A DNA stretch of 61,282 bases, the filler included, from a bacterium (lineage in GTDB: Bacteria > UBA9089 > CG2-30-40-21 > SBAY01), in the NCBI GenBank assembly GCA_040757115.1. It is 4 parts of 4 records of this genome, joined end to end, with 100 filler letters (N's around TTAATTAATTAA, not from the genome) between each part and the next. Parts side by side here need not be neighbours in the genome. Positions count along the whole stretch, not along the records: positions 46,296 to 61,282 come from JBFLYA010000089.1; 3 more parts are not named here. One strand, written 5' to 3'. A model generated the notes under the pieces. That model did not search any database and was not told where the DNA came from. It worked only from the letters and a program-made list of their open reading frames with translations. This document shows, piece after piece, positions 54,141 to 61,282 of the stretch (positions are counted from its first letter, which is position 1; each line of letters begins with the position of its first letter). A program made the translations under genes and the position numbers.

Positions 54141-56729
54141 TTACTCCTTTTTTTTGCACTCTTTAATATAATACTGTGCTTCTGTGACTAAGTCCTGGCG
54201 AACGGGAAAAATTTTAATCAGGGTTTCAAATTCTTTTATCGCCTCTTTATATTCACTTTGTTCATATAAACATAGACCTATTTTAAACTGTGATTCAGCG
54301 GCCCAGTCAGATTCTGGATACTGGGTTACCACGGCTCTAAAGGTCATCACTGCCGCAGGCTTATCTTCCTCTTTAAGAAAACACCGGCCAAGCCAGTAAA
54401 GTGCATCATCAATTTGTTCACTTTTTGGATATTCATTAATTAATAAATTATATTCTTCGATAGCTGATTTTATCTCTCCTTGATTATAGTAAATTTCTGC
54501 TATCTGGTAGTGTAATTGGGCACATAATTCTTCCTCTTCTGGATGGAGGCGGATAAAATCTCGATAGGTAGTTATCGCCTCATTATATTTTTTTTGTTGA
54601 AAAAGGCAATTCCCCAGTTGATATAAAGCATCTTTTTTTAACACTGAACTTGCCTCTGGATTTTTAATTATCTTTTGATAAATCTCTTCTGCCTTATTAA
54701 AATTTTTTTGATTGTAAAAACATATTGCTATTCGAGATTGCGACTCATAAGCTAACGAGTCAGCCGGGAATTTATCAATTACTTCTTGATATATTTTAAT
54801 CGCATCTTCATATTTACCCTGATTATAGTATGACCAACCTAACCAGTAAATAGATTTTGAAAGATATTTGGAGAGAGGTAATTCTTTAATTAATTTTGAG
54901 AAATATTGTTGTGCCAGCGTAAAATTTTCCTGTTTGTAGTAACTTTGAGCCAATTGATATAAGCAAAAATCTAATAATCTGCTTTCAGGATATTTTGTTA
55001 TCACCTTTTGATAGGTATCTATTGCTTGCTTGTAGTCTTTTAGATTAAAGTAACAATTACCCATTTTAGAGATTATTTCAGGAACTAAGTTCTGGTCTAA
55101 ATTTACAATGGTAAGAGTCCTTTGAAATTCAGTTATAGCCTTATCATATTTTCCTTCAAGATAATAAGCCCAGCCAAGTCCGTATTGAATCTTAGACAAA
55201 AGGGGACTTCCTGGATACTGTCTCTGGAATTGGAAGAACAAGCTTCTTGCCTCTTCATATTTTTGGACATAACAATTAACAATTCCAGCGTGATAACAAA
55301 TCTCTTCTGCCAGAGGATGTGTTGGATAATTTCTTAAAAACTGATTATACATATCCATAGCCGAGAGATAATCTTTTTTACTAAAAAAACTCTCTGCCAA
55401 TTCATAAATTGCCAATGGGGTTTGTGGTGAATTTAAGTAACCTGCCATCATTCGATAACAGATGCCTTTAGCCCCGATAAAATCCCCTATTTTAATATAG
55501 GCGTTGACTAATTCATAAAGGATTTGGGGAATGAAGGAGTTTTGAGGATAGCGTTTGACCATTTTCTCATAAATATCAATAACCTGTTGAAATCTCTCTT
55601 GCTTTTTATATATCTTTCCTATCTGGAAATAGGCTTTAGGGATTAAATCACTATCTTCGAAATTTTTAATTAAATTCTCAAAACTATCTCTTGCCTCATC
55701 AAGATTATTTAATTTTAGGTGACATAGTCCTAAATTATAGTAAGCATACGGGGTAAATTCATTCTGGGGGGATGAAGAGATTAATCGTTGATATGCCTCT
55801 TTTGCCTTTGGGTAATCTTTAAGGTGCTCAAAAAGGATTTGGGCTGAATAATATTGGGCAAAAAATGCCTTTGAAGAAGTTGGGTATTTTTCAATTATTA
55901 AAGAAAAATCCTCAAGTGCCTTTTCAAACTGATGTTGGGAATATAAACAAAAACCTTTAATAAATAATACCTCTGAAATAAGTGGGTAGTCTGGATAGGT
56001 ATTTATAAATTTTTCCGCCTCAACATAAGCCTTTTCCCAGTTTTTCTCTTTATACCAGCAATCTGTTAAATAGTACTGTGTATTTGCCTGTAATTTTATA
56101 TCCGAAGAGTCAATTTTTGAAAAGGGGATGATAGCCTCTTGAAATTTTCCACAATAATAAAGACTTATTGCTTGAAAATAAAGACTTGTGACAAAATATG
56201 TGCTTCTGGGGTAATTCTCAGATAGTTGGTGGAAATAGTTATATGCACTGGTATAATCCTGTGTTTCAAATGAATACTTACCCAGTTGATATAAGGCTTC
56301 CTGAACACAGGAACTCTCTGGATGATATTTTATTATCTTCTGGTAAGTAGCGATTATTTCTTCTTGTGGGTATTTAAGTATAGTCAAGACCTGACTGAGA
56401 CGATACAGGACATTTGATGCCTGTTCACTACTCAAGTTAGTTTGAGAAAGGTATTTATATTCTTCTAACGCTTGCCCGTATTTTTCTTGATGAAACAGGC
56501 ATTCAGCTAAGTAAAATCTTGCCTCTGTCACAAGATGACTATCGGGATGTCTTTGAATGAACTCTTTGAATTTAATGCTGGATGAAAGATAAAGCCCATC
56601 ATTATATAGTTTTTCTGCTTGTTCAAATTCATCTTCTGCAACCGAAAAGGATACGGCAGAATTTACAACAGCGGGTAGATACTGGAGGGCTATTATCAAA
56701 AAAACTATATAAAAGATATTCTTTCGCAT
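54141..56729 (-). CDS. Large periplasmic TPR protein (BamD/CpoB-like repeats)
   Basis: Signal peptide; many YP.S-type TPR repeats. Confidence 0.88.
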   Translation of the reverse strand: MRKNIFYIVFLIIALQYLPAVVNSAVSFSVAEDEFEQAEKLYNDGLYLSSSIKFKEFIQRHPDSHLVTEARFYLAECLFHQEKYGQALEEYKYLSQTNLSSEQASNVLYRLSQVLTILKYPQEEIIATYQKIIKYHPESSCVQEALYQLGKYSFETQDYTSAYNYFHQLSENYPRSTYFVTSLYFQAISLYYCGKFQEAIIPFSKIDSSDIKLQANTQYYLTDCWYKEKNWEKAYVEAEKFINTYPDYPLISEVLFIKGFCLYSQHQFEKALEDFSLIIEKYPTSSKAFFAQYYSAQILFEHLKDYPKAKEAYQRLISSSPQNEFTPYAYYNLGLCHLKLNNLDEARDSFENLIKNFEDSDLIPKAYFQIGKIYKKQERFQQVIDIYEKMVKRYPQNSFIPQILYELVNAYIKIGDFIGAKGICYRMMAGYLNSPQTPLAIYELAESFFSKKDYLSAMDMYNQFLRNYPTHPLAEEICYHAGIVNCYVQKYEEARSLFFQFQRQYPGSPLLSKIQYGLGWAYYLEGKYDKAITEFQRTLTIVNLDQNLVPEIISKMGNCYFNLKDYKQAIDTYQKVITKYPESRLLDFCLYQLAQSYYKQENFTLAQQYFSKLIKELPLSKYLSKSIYWLGWSYYNQGKYEDAIKIYQEVIDKFPADSLAYESQSRIAICFYNQKNFNKAEEIYQKIIKNPEASSVLKKDALYQLGNCLFQQKKYNEAITTYRDFIRLHPEEEELCAQLHYQIAEIYYNQGEIKSAIEEYNLLINEYPKSEQIDDALYWLGRCFLKEEDKPAAVMTFRAVVTQYPESDWAAESQFKIGLCLYEQSEYKEAIKEFETLIKIFPVRQDLVTEAQYYIKECKKKE

Positions 56730-56917
56730 CTATCCCCTCCCAATAATTTTGATAAGCAGTCAGACATCAGAGAAAGAAGGTTAAGAAAGAAATATAGAAA
56801 GAAAAAATTACTTTCCTTTCTTTTACTCAACCTTTTTTTATAATAACATAAATCTGGTCAAAAAGTCAAGAAGTTTTTAATAAAAAAATGGGGATAGTTT
56901 TTCTTTCCTGAAAAAAC

Positions 56918-56945
56918 TTGACAATTATTGAAAAAGTGCTATAAT
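56918..56945 (+). promoter_or_regulatory. panC promoter TTGACA-16-(TGc)TATAAT
   Basis: Consensus hexamers. Confidence 0.7.
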
Positions 56946-56950
56946 AAAAA

Positions 56951-57159
56951 GTAACCGTTCAGGTGGTAATTTACCGCAGAGACGCAGAGAAACAGAGAAG
57001 ACATAGAAATAAAGTAACTATTCAGCCACTGATTAACACGGATTAGCACGGATAAAAAAATAAAATCAGTGTTTCATCTGTGTCCATCTGTGGCTGAATA
57101 GTTATCAATAAATTTTAATTTTTTCTCTGCGTCTCTGTGTCTCTGCGGTGAACGGTTAC
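56951..57159 (+). mobile_element. Family C element with a family B element (57014-57105) nested inside, in the panC 5' UTR
   Basis: Outer GTAACCGTTCAG...GTGAACGGTTAC; inner GTAACTATTCAGCCAC...GTGGCTGAATAGTTAT. Confidence 0.8.
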
Positions 57160-57173
57160 GAAAGGTTAACAAA

Positions 57174-58016
57174 ATGGAATTAATTAATAAAATTAAACAG
57201 ATGAAAGAGAGAAGTGATGAACTTCGGCGTCAGGGTAAAAAAATAGGCTTTGTGCCGACGATGGGAGCATTACACGAAGGACATTTATCCTTAATGCGTC
57301 AGGCTAAACTAAAGAATGATGTTGTCATCATCAGTATCTTTGTCAATCCTATTCAGTTTGTCGAGGGAGAGGATTATCAGACTTATCCAAAAGATTTTAT
57401 CTGTGATGTAGAACTGGCTAAAAAAACAGGTGTAGATATTATATTTTATCCCAAGGTTGAGGAGATGTATCCTGATAAACCTTTAACTTTTGTCAATGTA
57501 GAAAAATTAACCAGAGGGCTTTGTGGAAAATTTAGACCCAGCCATTTTCAAGGTGTAACGACTGTCGTAACAAAATTGTTTAATATTGTTAATCCGCACA
57601 CCTCATATTTTGGACAAAAGGATTATCAACAGGCTTTAGTTATTAAACAGATGATTAAGGATTTGAATTTTGACATCGAGCTTGTGATAATGCCTATTGT
57701 TCGGGAGAAAGATGGTCTGGCATTAAGCTCAAGAAATACTTATTTGAACAAAGAAGAACGAAAATCCGCTCTGATTTTATATAAATCATTACATCTGGCA
57801 AAAAAAATATTAGATTCAGGGGAAAGACTTTCAAGAAATATTATCCTGGCGATGCAGGATTTAATTCAAACAGAAAAGTTAGCCTCGATTCAATATATTG
57901 AAATAGTCGATAGCAAAACATTAGAACCAGTTGAACTAATAGAAAAAAAAGTGCTCATTGCCTTAGCGGTTAAAATTGGCAAGACAAGATTAATTGATAA
58001 TATTTTAATATCGTAG
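57174..58016 (+). CDS. panC: Pantoate-beta-alanine ligase
   Basis: VPTMGALHEGH, FVNPIQF, RPSHFQGV, FGQKDYQQ, GLALSSRN, RLIDN. Confidence 0.96.
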   Translation: MELINKIKQMKERSDELRRQGKKIGFVPTMGALHEGHLSLMRQAKLKNDVVIISIFVNPIQFVEGEDYQTYPKDFICDVELAKKTGVDIIFYPKVEEMYPDKPLTFVNVEKLTRGLCGKFRPSHFQGVTTVVTKLFNIVNPHTSYFGQKDYQQALVIKQMIKDLNFDIELVIMPIVREKDGLALSSRNTYLNKEERKSALILYKSLHLAKKILDSGERLSRNIILAMQDLIQTEKLASIQYIEIVDSKTLEPVELIEKKVLIALAVKIGKTRLIDNILIS

Positions 58017-58343
58017 TAACTATTCAGCCACTGATTAACACGGATTAGCACGGATAAATAGCAGAAGGCAGAGAGCAGAGGACAGAGAGCAGAGGGCAGA
58101 AGGCAGAGGGCAAAGGCGGGTTGTCCCCCGCTGGCGGGGGATTAAGGGGGTGGAAATCTCTTCCACTGGCACAGGTGAAATCAGGCTAAAGCCTGCGGCT
58201 ACCAGCCTTCCCGAGTCCCGAACCCCGAGTCCCGAGTCCCGATTTTCAGAAGAACCCTTCAGCCTAATTACGGACAGGGAAAACGGACACGGATTACGAA
58301 TTTTTAGTGTTTCATCCGTGTCCATCTGTGGCTGAATAGTTAC
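58016..58343. mobile_element. Miniature element, family B, filling the whole gap between convergent panC and YaaR genes
   Basis: GTAACTATTCAGCCAC ... GTGGCTGAATAGTTAC; internal CAGAGGG and CCCGAGT heptamers and a GC hairpin. Confidence 0.8.
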
Positions 58344-58819
58344 GAATATAAATCCATTAATAATCCTTGAATCATTTCTACCTTAGCCGCAATGTTAATG
58401 GGATTAATTTGTGTCTTGAGGACTCCTTCGGTTAATTCAGACAGATTTTTATTAATCTCTTTAATGATGATATTTACCTGTCGCTGACCAAGTTGTGCCT
58501 GTAAAGGTCGAACTGTAGTTGTTGTTTCTTCCAGCGAATAGAGGTTTTTAACTACTTTTTCCATAAATGTCTGGACAAGATGTCTATATTGGGTAAGATT
58601 TTCATAGATAGGGGATTGAACTAAAATTTTTCCTTGAGCTTCAATTTTATTAAGCAGGTCATCGAGGTATAATTTTAGTTTTTCTTTAGTTGCGGTTTTC
58701 AATTCTTCATCAAATGTTTTTCCATCGATTTTTGGCGGGGCATTTTTTTCTTTAATTGAGTCTGTTTGAAAAAGACTTTTATCCGCCATAGCCTCAAGTG
58801 GGATATTTGTATTTATCAT
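58340..58819 (-). CDS. YaaR/DUF327 family protein
   Basis: KIEAQGKIL, YRHLVQTFM, IQGLLMDL; stop codon supplied by the element. Confidence 0.78.
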   Translation of the reverse strand: MINTNIPLEAMADKSLFQTDSIKEKNAPPKIDGKTFDEELKTATKEKLKLYLDDLLNKIEAQGKILVQSPIYENLTQYRHLVQTFMEKVVKNLYSLEETTTTVRPLQAQLGQRQVNIIIKEINKNLSELTEGVLKTQINPINIAAKVEMIQGLLMDLYS

Positions 58820-58887
58820 TTGATTACTCCCTTTTCGTCCAGCAATTCTAATTATGGCAGAAAACACTTGAGATACATTACGATACC

Positions 58888-60468
58888 TTACACTTTTTCA
58901 AAATTAGAATTGCTGCGTTTCGCCAATATGTATTCAATAGAATCGACGAGGGCTAACCATGATGCATCAATAAGATTTTCTGAGACCCCAACCGTGCTCC
59001 AGATATTCTTTCCATCTGTAGATTCAATCAATACTCTGACCTTTGCGGCGGTGCCCTCTTTGGCATCCAATACCCTGACTTTATAGTCAGTTAAACGCAC
59101 TTCTTTTAGTAAGGGATAAGATTCTTCTAATGCCTTTCTCAGGGCAGTATCTAAGGCATGAACAGGACCATCTCCTTCGGCAACTATATATTTTTGTTTG
59201 CCTTTTACATCTATCTTAATAATTGCATCAGATGAAAGCTCCCTATTTCTATTTTCGACAATAACCTCAAATTTCTTTAGAGTAAATGCAGATTTATATT
59301 TACCTAACACCTTTTTAATGAGCAATTCAAATGAGGCGTCAGCGGCTTCATATTGGTATCCTTCGTCTTCTTTTTCTTTGATTTTAGCCAGAATTTTTTG
59401 TGTTTGAGGAGTATCTTTTGACAGGTCTATTTTCATCTCCTTTGCTTTTTCCAGAAGGCTGGTTTGTCCGGCTAATTCTGAGATTAATATTTTTCGTTCA
59501 TTTCCAACTAATTCTGGCTGGATATGTTCGTAGGTTTTTGGATTTTTTTGCACCCCGCTGGCATGGACACCGGCTTTATGAGCAAAGGCAGAAGTGCCAA
59601 CATAAGGTTGATGTGATTGAGGGACAATATTAGCCATTTCTGCAACAAATCTCGAGACCTCAGTCAGGCTTTTGAGTTGGTCATCTGAAATACAATTCAG
59701 CCCCATTTTAAGTTTCAAGTTTGGGATGATGAGGCATAAATCGGCATTACCACATCTTTCACCGTAACCATTGATAGTCCCCTGGATATGCGTGGCACCC
59801 AATTTTACCGCCATAATAGAATTAGCCACCGCCATTCCTGAATCATTGTGGGCATGAATACCTACAGGGACTTTAATGACTTTCAGGACTTCTTTGATTG
59901 GCTTTTCTATTTCATAAGTCAACATTCCACCATTGGTATCGCAAAGGGCAATAACATCTGCACCCGCTTTCTGTGCCTCTAAAATAGTCGCTAACGCATA
60001 TTCTGGATTTGCCTTATAGCCGTCAAAGAAATGCTCGGCATCATAAATTACCTCTTTACCCTTTGATTTCAAATAACGGACAGTATCTTGAATTAACTTT
60101 AAATTTTCTTCTAAAGAGATATTGAGTGCCTCGTGAACATGCAAGTCCCAACTTTTCCCAAATATACAGATTGCCGGGGTTTGTGCATCTAATAAATTTA
60201 ATATACTCGGGTCTTCTTCAACCTTACATCTCGCCCTTCGTGTGCTTCCAAAAGCCACTATCTTCGCCTTTTTAAGTTTAATATTCTTTATTTCTGCAAA
60301 GAATTTCGTTTCTTTTGGATTTGAGCCAGGCCAACCACCTTCGATATAATCTACCCCTAAATGGTCTATCATCTGAGCAATCTTAATCTTCTCCTTAACC
60401 GCAAAGGATATTCCTTCTGTTTGAGCTCCATCGCGGAGCGTCGTATCATAAATTATAACCTTTTTCAT
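58888..60468 (-). CDS. cimA: Citramalate synthase (LeuA family)
   Basis: [52 protein letters not shown]. Confidence 0.9.
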   Translation of the reverse strand: MKKVIIYDTTLRDGAQTEGISFAVKEKIKIAQMIDHLGVDYIEGGWPGSNPKETKFFAEIKNIKLKKAKIVAFGSTRRARCKVEEDPSILNLLDAQTPAICIFGKSWDLHVHEALNISLEENLKLIQDTVRYLKSKGKEVIYDAEHFFDGYKANPEYALATILEAQKAGADVIALCDTNGGMLTYEIEKPIKEVLKVIKVPVGIHAHNDSGMAVANSIMAVKLGATHIQGTINGYGERCGNADLCLIIPNLKLKMGLNCISDDQLKSLTEVSRFVAEMANIVPQSHQPYVGTSAFAHKAGVHASGVQKNPKTYEHIQPELVGNERKILISELAGQTSLLEKAKEMKIDLSKDTPQTQKILAKIKEKEDEGYQYEAADASFELLIKKVLGKYKSAFTLKKFEVIVENRNRELSSDAIIKIDVKGKQKYIVAEGDGPVHALDTALRKALEESYPLLKEVRLTDYKVRVLDAKEGTAAKVRVLIESTDGKNIWSTVGVSENLIDASWLALVDSIEYILAKRSNSNFEKV

Positions 60469-60659
60469 AATAAACCTCCATTCAACCTTATCTCCTTCAA
60501 GTAATGGCTGAACACTTGTATTATACCTTAATTAACAAAAAAAATCAAGGAAAATTTTTTACCTGCACAGGTGGAAAACTTTCAGATTTCTCGCAAAGGC
60601 GCAAAGGACGCAAAGAAAAAACCTCCTTTACGACCTTTGCGTCCTGGCGAGAGAAAATT

Positions 60660-60896
60660 GTAAGCGTTCAGGTGGTGTAACAAAAGGAGATGTGGAGATT
60701 AAGGAGATAGGGAGATATTATTAAAAAAATTGAAATTAATAGAAACTAATAGAAATTTATGGAAATTTGTTGTTTTCCACAATCAATTTCTACCTATTTC
60801 TATAAATTTCAATCTATTTCTATTATCTTATCTCCATATCACTCTTATCTCCTTATCCCCTTTCTTACACTTTTGATATATAGCCTGAACGGTTAC
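60660..60896. mobile_element. Family A element with perfect 8-bp target-site duplication
   Basis: AGAAAATT on both sides (60652-60659 and 60897-60904); GTAAGCGTTCAG / CTGAACGGTTAC ends. Confidence 0.9.
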
Positions 60897-61282
60897 AGAA
60901 AATTTCTATAAAAGAATCGACACCTTTATTATACCGCCATAACTTCTTTAATTTCAAGAGGTTAAATATTATCCGTGTTCCTCTGTGGCTTTATACCTCA
61001 AAATTTCGGTGGTGTCTGAAAATAACTCATCTATGCAGATTTGGTGTCCAAAAGGGGATAAGGAGATAAAGGAAGATATGGAGATTATTCATTGTCCTTT
61101 CCAAAATTTTAGAATGAATTTATCTCCATATCTCCATAATCCCCATATCTCCTTTTCGGTAACCGTTCAGGCTATATATCAAAAGTGTAAGAAAGGGGAT
61201 AAGGAGATAAGAGTGATATGGAGATAAGATAATAGAAATAGATTGAAATTTATAGAAATAGGTAGAAATTGATTGTGGAAAA

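Overview
AT-rich bacterial sequence, probably from a metagenome assembly. It consists of at least four contigs joined by artificial N-TTAATTAATTAA-N linkers (15448-15547, 30955-31054, 46196-46295), so adjacency across these joins is not biological. Contig 1: an AbiEi/AbiEii type IV toxin-antitoxin pair leading into two Ser/Thr kinase-TPR genes and a Clp AAA+ ATPase; hisC; an AhbD-like radical SAM gene; and a DUF4384 / zinc-ribbon / DUF2085 / caspase-family cluster. Contig 2: phosphonate biosynthesis genes (pepM fusion, split ppd), a CpaC-like secretin, xfp, and a defence island 3' of tRNA-Ser(GGA). The island holds a gutted helicase, an AlbA_2 ATPase, a type IIG restriction-modification (RM) gene, DUF3800 with a convergent promoter-driven hairpin RNA, and YhcG; the last two are each followed by an extra copy of the RM gene 3' end. 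Contig 3: a >3200-aa M23/FG-GAP/Ig-repeat secreted protein, a secretin and other envelope genes. Contig 4: a sulfur module (LysR, Rrf2, NIL-ferredoxin, DUF39 homocysteine enzyme, SQR, DUF1641), a TPR + outer-membrane barrel pair, panC, YaaR and cimA. Intergenic space is crowded with palindromic miniature elements, many with IS66-like GTAA...TTAC ends, some carrying gutted GxxExxY or four-helix-bundle genes. Best candidates for undescribed systems: the RM-3'-end-delimited cassette array with the DUF3800-ncRNA unit, the caspase/DUF4384 module sharing an R-D-(I/L) motif, and the AbiE-kinase-TPR-Clp locus. All family calls come from motif recognition by eye, not database searches.
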